Assembly: GCA_013265495.1 (NCBI GenBank)
Contig: MU057801.1
Location: 868,001 to 932,000, forward strand
Length of the DNA stretch: 64,000 nt
Source of the DNA: Vicugna vicugna
Lineage: Eukaryota
Direction: 5' to 3'
In this document: positions 48,371-61,339 of the stretch, piece after piece
Layout: the number at the start of each line of letters is the position of its first letter
Numbering within the stretch: position 1 is the stretch's first letter
Notes under the pieces: generated by a model
Told to the model about the DNA's origin: nothing
Databases searched by the model: none
The model's input: the letters and a program-made list of their open reading frames with translations, nothing else
Position numbers and translations under genes: made by a program

Positions 48371-50547
48371 GGCTGCAATATACTTTCAGAAAGGACTCTC
48401 CGCCTTGTAAGAGGCATTGCCTTACACAGGTCTGATGTGAAGCCATTTGTTACAAACTGACTTCAGGGCCACATGGGTTGTGCCAGGACATCAGGGCCAC
48501 ACTCCAAGAGGGCGCTCAGCAAAATTCATGTCCCGAGGTCCGAGGTTAAGTACTCAAGGTGGTCTTCATAGTTAGCTCTGACTGATCTCATGATCTCCCA
48601 ACAGTTCGTTGCAAATAAACACGAAGTTTGCATTCATGTTCCCGTACGTGTTCAGTTCTCCTTGTTCTCCTAGAGGATTTAGAGTTCTCCTGTTTTTCAC
48701 CTTATCGTTTGAATCTCCCCACGAGCAGTCTTTGAATTCAACACAAAGCAATACAATGAATTCCGTGCTAATTCTACTCGCTATTTGTTTTTTTCTTTTT
48801 CCATGGCAATAAACACACTTCAAGAAAGTCCATCTTGGAGTGGCTTCCACTGAATTCAGAGGAGTTGACATTTTGACCAGTGAAGTACTTTTAAACATCA
48901 ATTATTTACTGGGTGGATACTTCCCACTCAGTGGGATTCTTGAGGTTTATACCCACGTTCCTGCTGGACTGTGAGCTCCGGGAGGTCAACCGGTCTATAA
49001 ATTGCCATTGAACATAAGAACACTTCAACCAAAGGGCCCTTTACCTTTTACATACGCTATATGTGTGTGTGTGTGTATATATATACATACGTATGTAAAT
49101 GACACGTGCTGTTAAGCTCACATGCAGACTGTGTCTTTAAGCAATGTATTTCAGAGACGATCAAGAGTCAGTCGAACATTCTGGTTGCTGAAGTTGCAGT
49201 GTGGCTCAGTGATTCGTCCTTGATCTAAGGTCACAGAGTGAGGATTGGTTGGACAGAGCCTGGTTTTAGAGCCTAGAAGAATCAGCGAGCTTCCTGTGGA
49301 GGAGCAGAGGAACACTGCAAGCTTTGGGGAAAGTCAGAGGCTTCCACTTAGGAGCAGGAAATAGTTGCCTTGAAAATACGGGGAATACAAATGCCGTGTG
49401 AGGCCAGTTTTTCTGAAAAGTTGCATTTGGCAGCTATGAGAATCCCCTCGATGGGACAATCCTGGAGAGAGGAAAGAACACATCCGGGGAACAAATGCAG
49501 GGCATCTGGGAATGCTGCTGCTGGCCTCCAATTATGGAAAGAGGCAACGAACTCGACCGGCTCGGCAGGGAGAGAAGAGAGAAGGAGAGCTGCCATCCTC
49601 TGGGAGGCGGCCGAAGCAGCCCGGAAGTGGCCGGCATGGCCTTTGCCTCCGTTTCAATTCCCCGTGAGCTCCGTGGCTCTGGCTGCTGAGCGCGTGGGCC
49701 CTCTGCGTGGGGCGCACAGCCACTTAGGAAATTCGAGTGGGTGAGCTGTTGGATTAATTGTGTTTGGATGAGGGTACATTTTTTGCACACTTCAAGAGGG
49801 AGAGAGAATGGGGAAGGCGATATTATAAAATCTTGGATGAAGAGCACAGAACTGCATTCGAGGACCCCTGTGTCTGCCCCTGCGGAACCTGGTGTCACTT
49901 TCTTATGTGCAAAATTAAGGAACTGGATGAACCAAAGGTTTCCTTCCCACCTATAATTTTTTATATCTTAGCAAACCTGGAACCGGGATAGTCCATCCAA
50001 AGAACTCTTAAGCATTCTAAAAACCAGGGCCGAAGTTCTCTTTTATGATGTCACAAGTTGAAAAGTGAGGGATTGGTCTCTTCTTCTCACGAAAGGACCT
50101 CAGCACATTTCCACAGCCAGAAACTGACTCCAGGGGCCAAGCTGCACACCCCCGTTCTGCGCTGCAAATTTGGCAATGGCTTTGGTTCCAAATCCACACC
50201 CATATCCCTTGAAAGAGCAGCCTGTCCTTGAGAAGCCAATGCATTTCAAGACATTGTGGGGTGGCAGGGATTCCTCCTGGGGACAAGTGTGACCCACAGA
50301 GACACAAATGCCTGAGAGAGCTGATCGCACAGCGATGCCGTCACTGGCATGGAGAAGGAGACCATGCGTATGGGTGAGACGTGAGTGTGGCGGCAGGAAA
50401 CTCTGTCTGGGCAGGACTGTGTGGCTTGTTTCCATCGCTACTTTGGGGCGACTGCCGTTGGCTAAATATCCAACTATTTTTGTCCTTTTTCTCCATTAAT
50501 GGATAGATCATGACTTTTGATAATTTCAAGATAGAAAAGCATGCTGG

Positions 50548-50654
50548 AGAGAGGAGGGGATGGCTCAGTGGTAGAGTGCAGGCTTAGCATGCAAAAGGTC
50601 CTGGGTTCAATCCCCAGCACCTCCACTGAAAAAAAAAAGGCTATAAAGAAAGAA
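50548..50654 (+). mobile_element. Vic-1-like SINE
   Basis: 'tggctcagtggtagagtgcaggcttagcatgcaaaaggtcctgggttcaatccccagcacctcc'; TSD at 50533-50547 and 50655-50669 (13/15). Confidence 0.93.
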
Positions 50655-53600
50655 AGAAGAGCATGATGGGAAAAAGGTCAAGTGATTACAAAAAAAAAAA
50701 GTGAAACAATTTAACAAAGTCAGTTAGAATTTACGTTCCTTGCCTCAAGTTATTAGTGTGTATGTAAGGGCCTGTCTCCGATCTGGAAGAGGGTAAATGT
50801 TCACTGGATGGTTTTTTGAAGCTTAGTTCAATGTAACTCATTATTAAGTATCAATGCTCCTAAATATTTCCTTAGCATGAAAGAGCGCTTTCCTTTTGGT
50901 AGGAAATTATCTTAATGAATGACTACAGTGTTTCTCCTTCTTAAATCCCAAGAGTCAAAAAGGCTGAACATCAGATGACGCGAGTCTAAATGTTAAGGGC
51001 CTTCACACCACGAATGAACTGCAGCAGGAAATGAACTCGTCACTAGATCTCAGTTTCCTGACAAACTCCCAGCTGCCACTCAAAGCCGGAATGGGTAGAG
51101 ACGCTTTGGTTCACAGGAGTGATCTCTGGCCATCGAGAAAACATTTGCAGGCGTCATTGGCAGGAAGACTCTGCCTGGCAACAGGTACAGTTGCGGGCTA
51201 ACGTTCAGATACCCGAGTGCAAGTGTCTGGAAGGTGAAGCAACAGCTGATCACTGAGGGCAGTTTTGAAAATAATGACATTTAACCTATCACAGCAATTG
51301 CTCTCATAAAAGGCATGAACCACTGTGACGAGTAATAAAATCCAGCATGAAAATATGACACTCTGGTGTTAGAAATCACGAAACTGAACACAGTCAGTCT
51401 TACCAAATTAAGTCGCCTATATGGAAAAAAATGCATTTAAAAGTGCTCAAGAAACATATTTAAAGAGGAAAGATTCTAGTGAGATACCCCTTCTTCGGTT
51501 CCTTTTTAGATGACGTACTTGCCAAATTCAGTCAGAACAGTCTAATGGTTATTCAGAGTGTGACGTGGAGGACAGTAGTTAATCTGATCACAGCAATGAC
51601 ATTTCTAATGCATTTACTTGGGGCGGCGTGGCGCTGTTATTTAATAATAATGACTGCACTGTTATTGGCAACCTCACCCTGTTTACTAGAATGCTGATAC
51701 ATATTTAAAAATCCGTCTTTGAATAACACAGGCTGAGCATGTGGACAATAGAAGGGGTCGTTTGCTTTGCTGGCCTCCTTTGGGCCTTATCTGATCCGCC
51801 TGCCTCTGTTTGGAACAGGTCCCTGGGCTTTGTTATTGTGGACGCTCTGCTGTCTCCTGCCCCTCCCAGCTTTGACCTCGCTGGGTCCCCGCGTCTGATG
51901 CACTCATGACACCTCAGAGGAATGCAACCGAGAATTCACGGTCCCTGTGCTTTTTCAACATTCTTACGAACGCTCCCTTTTTCTTGCCTGGTTGGGGACC
52001 ATTCCTCATGCCTGACTGGCCGGCCGCCAACCTTAAAATGGTTGCATCTGTAATTTGTGAGCAGGATTGAGTCCCTAAGACGTTCTGCTCCTAGCGCTAT
52101 TGGCTACGTTGGTGACAAGCTGGGACCCAGGCTCTCCTCACCTGAGGATTTTTCCAAGGGCGCGCTTTCTGATGAAGACGGGGGAGGTGCATCTGTAGCA
52201 CAGCCGCATCTCAGCTCCATTTCCTTCTGAAATCGTAAACCCAACTGTTCAGCTTCCGTTCAATGCTGCCCTCATTGGAACTTGAACGTTTTAATCCATC
52301 AAATGCAAGAATTTTTTTTAAAGAGAAGAGTAGGGGCCCCAAAAATGGACAGAGAGGCGTAATCCAAACCTCTGGGTATGGGCCGCCTCACCCACACGGC
52401 CGCCTTTTGTTTATGCTCCCGGAGCTGGTGAACTTGAGGACTGGGGCAGATGTGTAGTAAATCATCCTTTTAATGCACTGAATTGACTGGGTGACAGTTG
52501 TGCCAACCAGTCAGTATCTGTCGAGCGCCAGCTCCATGGCAGGTGTGGAAGTCAGGGCAGCTCGGACAGACGAGGCCCACCCAGCTCCGTGCAGTCCAGC
52601 TTGTCGCTGGCTCTTCCTGCCGGAGTTTTCATCCTGGGGGGTTCAGAGACCAGCAGCCGCTGGCACTGCGTGGTGTTCCCCTGCGAATGCAGGCTGACTG
52701 AGGCTGTCTGCCCAGCGCAGTGCTGCCTGTTCTGGCGGCTACTGGAGGGCTTCCCGTCTGACGGGAGTAACGGAACCAGACGTGGCCCCGGGGCTCAGTA
52801 ATAGGACCTGGGACTAGGGTCGGTGCGGCAGCGGGTGGCCGCGGGCAGCTCTTGCAGACCCAGGCGGACCAGCGGCGGGGAGGCAGGGTCCGGGCAGGGT
52901 CTGCCAGTCACCCTGGGGCAGGCCTGCACGGGGGCACTGCAGAGCAGGCTGGAGACTGGCCTCGCTGTCAGGAGCTGCGGCTCCGGGTCCTGGCCGTGCC
53001 GGATACACAGGCTAAAATGCAGCGCTCGCTCCTCCGGCTGGAAGATCACCTGGGAGCTGGGGACCTAATGACCTCCAGTTTAATGAGAGAGAGTTTGATG
53101 AGCTTTCCTGTGTTAAACCACACAGTCAGGGCGTCATTTAGCCAGTGACAACTGAGTTAAACAAAGGTCCCATTACCGATTTCCAAGATCAATCAAAAAT
53201 TATTAGAATGACTTGATTAACCACAATTACATTACTTGGCGAGCAACTTTATTATAACATATACAATATATTATATAATTATATGTGAGATATATAGAAG
53301 GTACACATATATCTCATTTAGAAATTTCAAAAGATTTTAAAGGATGTGGAGATAGATATGCATAAGCTTATATCACTTGCCAGTTTTAAAACTATTAAAT
53401 CTTTTGAACATCATCTTCTGTCTGTATATGGCTTTTTCAGGAAAGTATAACCAGGGCTTCTGCTGAGTGGTTCTAATATTGGCAGGGCCTCGCTCCAGGT
53501 ACAGGTTTGTTAAGTGAATACATGATTTTGGCAGAGAGAATACGTTGATGTTATGGTTGCCGGGGACACCGAGCATTGGGATTGGGTTCTCTGAGTCATG

Positions 53601-53979
53601 GTATACATGCTCCTGCGACGGGGATCTAGAAAGGCAGAAAGCGCTTCTTACAGGCTGGTTGATGAGAAACACACTGACCTGGCTGAGAAAGCTGCAGCTG
53701 GGGAATCATGTGAAAGGCGCAGATAATCTCTAAAACCCAGCCTGCCTCCCCCCTCCCCGGCTGCCCAGACCATGGTTTCAAGCAGTCTTCGGAGAAGGGG
53801 ACGTTGGACTGGATCTTACCCTGGCGTGTTGGATGGGCCACACCCTCCTCTGACCTCCCACGTGGGAGAAGACAAGCCTGGATCACATTTGGTAGAATCT
53901 CCAGCCGTCCTCCGGCGCCGCGCACGGGCAGGCGCTGAGGGCGCTTCTGTGCCTTCCTCTGTCACTCCCTGCTGGGCGC

Positions 53980-54200
53980 TGGAAGAACATCACAGGGCGG
54001 TTAACACCACGGGTTCTGGAAAGGGGCAGGTCTGCTTCCGACTGTGGCTTATGACCTCGGGCAAGTTCCTTCCTCTCTCTGAGTCTGTGATGTCATCTGA
54101 AAACGTGGATGACGACACCTACTTCACCTGGTCATCGTGAGAATCCAACATTGTACGTGTTTGCGGGCAGCCCGGGCTCACCAGCTCCAGGCCCTGCCCC
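53980..54200 (+). mobile_element. MIR SINE
   Basis: 'tgacctcgggcaagttccttcctctctctgagtctg...tcatctgaaaacgtggatga'. Confidence 0.7.
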
Positions 54201-56439
54201 GTCTGTGTCCGAGACGCTTTCCAGGAGGAGGCCCGATGCTGGTAACTGCTGGTTTTTGCCTGGCGTACGACCTGCCTACTGGGGGTTTTGTCTGGTTTTC
54301 TTCTTGCCCCTGTTTCTCAGTGTATGGAATCACTGCTTCAGGCAGTGAGCCTGCATCAGGTCCGTGTCACTCGAGGGGCCACGTGCGGGCCCCCCAGGAG
54401 CTGGAGTCCCAGCGGCCTTAGGCTTCACCAGGCCCTCAGCCCAGCCAGCCCGAGGCTCCAGCTCTCCACGGATGCCGTTTTCTGTCTCTGTTGTACTTCC
54501 TGTTTGCATAGATGATGACCCCTTTCTGAATCCAGCCAATTCTTCTTTCCTCGTACCTCGTGCACCTGCCCCGTGTGTGCAGAAGAGAGGATTACTGAAG
54601 CAAGGACTCGGTACCCAATGTGAGCAGGAGACTCGCCCACACCGTCCCTCACATGTCACCTCCATCAGTGCCTGTTCTTCGCTCAGCAGCTGGTTCCGTG
54701 GCTGCTCCGGTTTCCTCCTGCTTCAGGGACCCGCACAGGAGTTATTCTCCACCTCAAGTGCTCTTACCACCCTCCCCAGTCCACAGCATCTCTTCATCCA
54801 CCTGCTTCTTACCACCTTCAGATCCGGGACGGGCACAGTCAGCACTCAGAACAGATCCCCTCCCAGCCCTTCCGTGGTGTCTGCGTTTCTCCCCAGCCTG
54901 GGTGTGCCTGTCTTTCAATGGCTCACACCTGTGACTCGTCTTCAGAGGATGATCATCGAGCTACCGGGGCCACTTTGTCCCCAGAGAGCCAGAGTGCCTG
55001 GGAGTTTGTGGCCCCTGGGCTGGCTCTTAGGTTGTGACCACAGACGCGTGTGGAAGCCCAGCCCCCTCCTCGGGTGACCTGCTCTGGCCACAGCTTACAC
55101 TCCAGAGTCCCGGGGGGACCCAGCGAGGTCACCCTCTGTGACACTCTGCCTGTCTGCCCCTTGAAAGTCTCCCTCTCTCTACCTGTCCTGCCTCTCTCAC
55201 TCCTGGCTGATTTCTCCCGGGACCAGCTCCCTAATAATCGCTCTCGGCACAGTCAGTAATTAGATATTCATGTGTTTGCTCACTACTTTATTTCAGCCCT
55301 CAGTTCCAAGCTGAAAGTCCCATGAGACAGGAATCAGCGTGTGGATCAGCATTTGGACGGCAACGAGTGTGGCTCCTGGCATTCAGCCAATGCGCGTCCC
55401 ATCAACAAATGAACGGACCTGAGGGAGGATGACTAGAGTCACGAGCGCACGTGCGCAGGTGGCCTGCACGGGGCTTTAGGGTCCGACCCCCTGCAAAGCT
55501 TTCAAGCCTTAAGTCCAACCCCCAGAAGCTCGTTTAAAGACATCAATACCCTTCAAAATCAAGGAGACATCGCAAATACTCAAGCGTCCCCCTCTCTCGG
55601 GGTATTGTAAGTCTGGCTGAACCCTTCAATACACTTAATTCACCATTACTTACTCGTCCTTTATTACCTCCATATGCATCGTGTGAGTTTGTGTATGTAT
55701 ATTTATAGAAATTCTTATTATTCGGGTTCATAAAATATCTTTTATGAGAGGAACTATCCATGACTGACCCAGATGCACAAGAGGAAATGTTTCATTTCTC
55801 AAGAAAATGCCTTCTGTGCAGCCCGACACCTCCCTCTTCCGTGCGCTTTACCCTTGGGACCTAATGGTTCTAAAAATTGAAGCAGCTGCTTGGCTCATAA
55901 TTTATTGACCTACTGTGTGCCTAACAAGTGGGCCTGAACTATAGTCAGCCGGGGCAGTTTTTGTCGATGCCAGACACTGGATCCTGCCCTTGGGGAAAGC
56001 GTCTAGGATGAAGCTCTTCTGATATTCACGACTGTGTGCACGTGAGTCTGTGTACCTGTCTGTCCGTCAGTCTGTCTGTGAATGAAAAGAGAGGGACAGA
56101 GAGGTTTGTGGGGAGAAACTCAAGTAAGTGCATTTCATCTCCTTTACTGGTCACAGAAACAGCACTGTCTGAAAAAGAACAGACCCAGCATATTGCATCT
56201 CAACCGCAAGGTCAAAAAAGCCTGAACCTGCAAAAGACTAGGCTTGCAGGAGACCAGAGACTTGGTATGGAGGACGGAGCTAGCTTGGTTGTAAAAATAC
56301 AATTAGCATATACTTCTTTACAGCCTTTTAAAATAAGCATTAAATGGTTTTAATGAAATCACTGTGCATCTGAACAGACTAATGTTTAGGGGGATGTGAC
56401 CATGCTCGTCCCACAGCTCGTCAGATGTTTGTGCACGAC

Positions 56440-56612
56440 AAGCTGTAAAGAGCGGTCGCCCCCTTTGGTGGAGGTTATGGACACTTCGGAACTCTAATAA
56501 AAGCTGGGAACGCTCTCCCCAGAAAAGAATCACATCCACAATTTTGCATACAGTTTCCAGAGGTTCACTGATCATCTGAAAGTCATGCATGATTCCCAGA
56601 GTAAGAACCTCT
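56440..56612. mobile_element. hAT-Charlie MITE
   Basis: 'ctctccccagaaaag...aattttgcatacagtttccagaggttcac...taagaacctct'. Confidence 0.7.
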
Positions 56613-57744
56613 TCTCTAAAGGAAATATAACAAGGAACCATGATTTAAAGGGAATTGTGGAGTTAACTTTGAAAGGTTCTCAGAAAGAACTTAGTCCTTA
56701 CTCTTATTTTTAGATTCAGGCAGAAGTCTGGGGAGTGTATGTCTTAGTGAAAGCCATGCGACAAATCTGTGACAGAGCTAGGGGCTTGGATGCTGTCTGA
56801 GATCCACTTCTCTAGAAGGAGACCCTGAACAGGTGCTCCCAGGGGGGACCAGCAAGGGAGTGGAGGGGGCAGGACAGAGACGAGGAAGAGGTCACGAGGG
56901 TCTTCTCTCAGGCAAACACCTGCAGAGGAGGTGCTACAGGGACCTGGAATTAAGTCCCACCCAAGGAACGGGTCAGTGGGCTCCAGGTGGCACATCTCCC
57001 ATACTGGCTGAGAGGGAAGTGAGCATGAACACCTGGGAACCAGTAACCCAAGAGCAGTTCTTAAAAAAACAAAAACAAAAAACTGCAGGTACCAGTAAAA
57101 GGGGACGTGACATGCTACCAGGTGGAAGGCAGCTGATGTCAGACCCAACGTTTCCCGACCCCGTGCTGCTGCCCCCAAAGAGACACAGGTAGACTCTTTG
57201 GTGAGTGACTCAGTGCTCGCTCTCCCAAGCCAGAAGACTAAAGGACATGTAATATTTATGTTAGACTCTAGCCTGAGAGCATGAGGGCTCCCAGACCTCC
57301 AGCTGCAAGCCTTGTGCACAGTGGCACCAGCAACCAGAGCTGCCACATGGCATCTTCCTCCTGGAGCAGCCGTGGGGCACATGGCCCTGGGGGTTCTATT
57401 CTGCCCCACTTTGTAAAGCCGCCAGCAGCTCTGCCCTGAAGAGCACCCTCCATCCCAACCTTACAAACACCTCCTACCAGCGCCAGGCAGGTTTGCTTTT
57501 TTCTGCTGAGCGTCTCACGTTGCAGGGCTGAGATCCCCACTTCCCTCCTGAGAAACATCACTGCATCGCAGGAGAGATGTGGGCACCCGTGCTTCCTAGT
57601 CTTGAAACGTCTCCCCCGAGCCAACAGAAATGACTTTTGATTTAACCATGTGGCGAAATCCCAGAGACTGAAGCTGCATGCTTGTGCCTCTGCTCCGAGT
57701 TTACAAACTGCCGAGAAGAAAGATCAACAGCTCAACAGAGTTAG

Positions 57745-58199
57745 AGGCAAGGGAGATGAAAAAGCATGTACTAACGGACCATGGCCAGGACATAAATAAA
57801 AATACAACTGTCATCCACAATCTGCAACAACCGGTCCAGGGAGCCAAACCACTAACTCTGCAGCAACCGACCCCCAAAGCTGGGACTTAATTCATAACCG
57901 ACAGCTTCCCTAACTTATGCCCCCACATCCAACCAGTAACCAACCAGAGAAGGCAGACGCGCTCTCTAACCAGCCCCGCAGGATTCTCGCCGCTGGCCAG
58001 CCCGCCTCCAGCTTCCCCAGGGTTCCCCCGGGCACACCTGACCTGAAGCAGCCTCTTCTGTCGGCTGTGAGGCTTCCCCACTCGCCCTCCTGCCTTTGAG
58101 TCTCTGCCAGGCGGAGATCAGGGTGGCTGACACCCTCGCCACCAAAAGCTCTGTAACCTTTACGTGTCCACATCTGGCCAGTCTTTATTTATTTCCACA
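57745..58199 (+). mobile_element. ERV1 solo LTR (MER110-like)
   Basis: 'ctctgcagcaacc...cagcttccctaa...ccaaccagagaa...gcccgcctccagcttcccc...cctgcctttgagtctctgcc...tttatttccaca'. Confidence 0.8.
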
Positions 58200-58319
58200 T
58201 GGTTCATAGAGAAAATAACAAATGACCAATAAACGTGGCCACGCTGGGGGGAGTGGGGGAGGGAACTTAACTGGGACTAATTTTAAAAGAAACACAAATG
58301 AAAACAACCATGAAACACT

Positions 58320-58810
58320 TCTATTGCTTGGTTTGGAGGGAAGTTTGAAAATATTTAAGCAAAAGGTACAAGTGTATGTGCCCTTCAGCCGGGTCATTCC
58401 CATTCCAGCAATGCATTTTGCAGACAGCGTCTCACAAATGCGCAGTTGCTGGGAAGATGTCACAGTTTCAAGTCTGTAGAGGCCACATGTCCAACAGGGG
58501 AATGGATGACAGACGAGAATCCACGCAATGGCATTCTGTGAGACTATCCAAAGAATAAAATGTTGGTGATAGGGACAGGGCAAGATGGGTGGGAGAGAGG
58601 AAAAAGCCGAACAAAACGTGTGAGTGTCGCTTTTAAACTCCCGCGTGCGCCCGGGCAGCCTCTGGCCGTTCCGCACAATGGCGGTCGTGGATCATCCCAC
58701 GGGTGGGGCTGGAAGGACGGGAGAGGGGCTGCCACTTGATGCACTGCTCGTCGTTCGCAGTTTTAGGATGCTCGTGTATTACCTCGGCAATGAAAACGTT
58801 AAAATAAAAA
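58320..58810 (+). mobile_element. Ancient L1ME-like 3' end, CpG-rich in the distal half
   Basis: 'gtgcccttcagccgggtcattcccattccagcaatg', 'atgtccaacaggggaatggat'; ends 'tgtattacc...aaaataaaaa'. Confidence 0.7.
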
Positions 58811-59520
58811 GGACCCGCTGGGAAACGCGGTGGTCGGCAGGGAACGCGGTCCCGAGGCCGACTGCTCACTCCATCACTGTTTCCCCACTTCTCCCCTTAA
58901 TGCGGCCGAGTCACGCAGGCTGCGGCTTGGCTCTGGCAGTAGCCTTGATCCGGGGACGGTAGCCAGGGTGACGGGGAGCCCACGTCACCGACCAGGCCCC
59001 CCACGCCTCGTCGGAGGCGAGGCAGACCTGCGCGGGTGCGGGAGCCGGCGGCGCGTTGGTCCGCTGTGGGCCCGCAGGCGCGCGTCCGCGCTGGCGGAGT
59101 TGCGCGAACAGCGGGCGGGCGCTCAGCATCTGCGCAGGGCCGACTTCTTTTAAAAGCGGTTTTGTTTGTTTGGGGGGGGACTAGGTTCATTTACTTATGT
59201 TTTCATTTTAACGGAGGTCCTGGGGATTGAACCCAGGACCTCACGCACGCTAAGCCCTGTATCCTCCCACCAGGGGCAACATTTGTTTTTCCATTTGACC
59301 ATTTTTGAGGGAAATCTTTCTTAAATGAGTTCCACAGACTCTTACCTCCTCAAAGAAAGCGCAGTGATCGTGACACCACCCGCTGCTGGCGGCCTGGAGG
59401 CGAGGCCCGCCGGCTGATCCCGGAGCCGGGGCTTATTCCGGTGCCCGGTCCGGTCCGGGAGAGGCCGAGGCGGCTGGGGAAACCCGCCGACTTCGACCCT
59501 CCGCCAAACTCTGCGGTTCT
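58630..59520. promoter_or_regulatory. CpG island (promoter-like; no gene identified)
   Basis: Dense CpG at 58810-59145 and 59360-59520, split by a SINE. Confidence 0.7.
59150..59268 (-). mobile_element. Vic-1-like SINE with internal deletion of the A-box region
   Basis: 'ggggattgaacccaggacctcacgcacgctaagc' runs directly into 'cctgtatcctccc'. Confidence 0.88.
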
Positions 59521-59569
59521 GCATCCCCTTCTCCTTTGAAATTTTCTGCCACTCCTCCCACTTTCAGTC

Positions 59570-59815
59570 ATTTGTTTTGGTTTGTTTTGGTTTTAGTTTT
59601 AAATTTTCATACAGTTTTTAAAGGTTACCTTCTAGTCACTACAAACTACTGGCTGGGCTCCCTGAGCCTGTCTCACACCCGGCAGTTCGTGCCTCCCCTC
59701 CCCCACCCTTCGACCGGCCCTCCCCTCCCCACTGGTAACCACTCATTTGTTCTCTGTATCTGCGAGTTTCTTTGGTTTTGTTTGTTTGTTTGTTTTTTTC
59801 TGTTATACTCAATGA
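59570..59815 (-). mobile_element. Cetartiodactyl L1 3' end (L1_Art-like)
   Basis: 'acagtttttaaaggttacc...ccccactggtaaccactcatttgttctctgtatctgcgagt'. Confidence 0.85.
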
Positions 59816-59829
59816 GCGTGTGAAAGTTC

Positions 59830-60685
59830 CTCTTTTATCCTTGTGTGTTTCTCTACTTCTCGGACACAAGGCGTAGCACTGAGTGGCTTTTCTCTTCAAT
59901 CCTACCCATGGTTCTTTCTGCAGAAATATCAACGTGTACTTGCGGAGTCTCTGTTGAAGACAGGATTATGGAGCTGAACGCACATAACTCAATCAGTAAC
60001 TTTATGTCTGCTCCTCCAGCAGTGTATCTGAGAACCCAGATCATTTTCTCCAAAGCTTCCTGATCTCCCCAGCAGCTGGTGCTCATTATAACCCCATCAC
60101 CCACCTGGACAAGTGCCCACCATACTCCGCTCTCAGACTTCCTCATCAGCCATTGTGTTCAAGGGGGCACCCTCCACTGGCCTCACAACCTACCATGGTG
60201 GGAAGAGTTGTTCTAACCATCCCTTCCAAACTTCAAGCTCTTACAAAACTGTGAAGACTCTTAAGTGGCTGTTGACTTGAATGCGATAACAGTTGGCTCA
60301 TGGTGAGATCGCATTGGGGTCCCTTGCCTTGCCCTAAAAGGAGATACGTGTTTTCTCCTTGTACTGCAGGGTTCTGGCATGAGATTGGCATACCTGCATT
60401 TTAGCCTCGTGGAAACCTCCTGGCAGGCTCTGACGAGGTGCAATGCTGCCCTGGCAAAGATCTTAGTGGCTTCATGGCCACTTAGTGGGACCAATCTTGG
60501 TCCCCTGAGTCCTCCTTGAACTTCAGGACGTCTCCCCAACTCAGTTCCATGCTAGAATATGGGCAACATTTTCAAAGAGAGTTGTACCTGGGCAAAGGGG
60601 TGATCACAGCCTCCTCTTCCCCACTATGGTTCCCTTACCAAGCTCCAGTGTCTTCAGTGACATTGAGTGGAGCCAGTTATCCAAC
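59830..60685 (-). mobile_element. Possible decayed ERVL internal sequence (leader/gag) downstream of the LTR
   Basis: Abuts the 3' end of a minus-strand LTR33-like LTR; ORF 59853-60146 has 'IWVLRYTAGGADIKL', resembling ERVL gag WILRVxDxGGxNIKL. Confidence 0.4.
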
Positions 60686-61190
60686 TCTCTTGGTTTGGGT
60701 TCCTCCAGAAGCCATCCCTGGGGCAAAAACTTAGGAGAGAGGAATTTACTGAGGAGACAAGTCCAGGAACTACTGTGAGGCAAGAAAGCAAGGGAAGGGA
60801 GAGCACTATTTCAGGGTGTTAACAAGGAGGCTAATGCTGTGAACAGCTGGGGTTCAATCCTGCTGGGATCTCTGGGTGATTGTCTCAAACACACACGGAG
60901 TTGTCCCACTGGGAAAAACCTGGGGCACTATTTCATCAACCTCCATCTAGCGTGAAAAAAACAAAAAACAAAAAACAAAACCTCCATCTGTCATTGGTTA
61001 GGACCACTTCTGGGAGCATTGACCATCTGGTAGCCAAAAATGTCCTATGACCAAAGTCCTTGGGAAGAAAGAAACTCAGGTGTTTGAAGCCGAAAGCCAT
61101 CAGCCTGTACAGAAAGAGTTTACTCAAGATACAGGTGACCTCTGCGGTGGACTGGCGGGCTGTGAGCAGAGCTCTGGCATCACGTGCTAC
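60686..61190 (-). mobile_element. ERVL LTR (LTR33-like)
   Basis: 'tcttggtttgggttcctccagaagc...ctggggttcaatcctgctggga...gtcattggtt...gtgctaca'. Confidence 0.8.
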
Positions 61191-61339
61191 ACAAGCCAGC
61201 AGCCAACACAAAGATAAACCATTCACTTTGCCTCTTATAATGGTACTCCTGATAACTGAATGGTTTGCCGGTGAGTGATCTGACAAGTCCGTGGGTTGTC
61301 TCAGACCCTGGAAACAGCAGCAGAGGTCACTCTCAGAGC

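Noticed and set aside
50548..50630. tRNA-Ala-like sequences with A and B boxes (also near 15150, 39119, 59220 and 63610)
   Set aside because: They have A-rich tails, shared SINE 3' sequence, TSDs in most copies and degenerate stems, so they are SINEs rather than tRNA genes.
53286..53316. 10-bp inverted repeat TGAGATATAT...ATATATCTCA as a possible miRNA or structured RNA
   Set aside because: Short, AT-rich and low-complexity; the stem is too short for a pre-miRNA.
54364..55077. 237-aa ORF
   Set aside because: Non-ATG start, S/P/L-rich low-complexity composition, no recognisable domain, and partly overlaps LTR-like sequence.
56744..57409. 221-aa minus-strand ORF
   Set aside because: Non-ATG start, no recognisable homology, runs through an A-rich simple tract.
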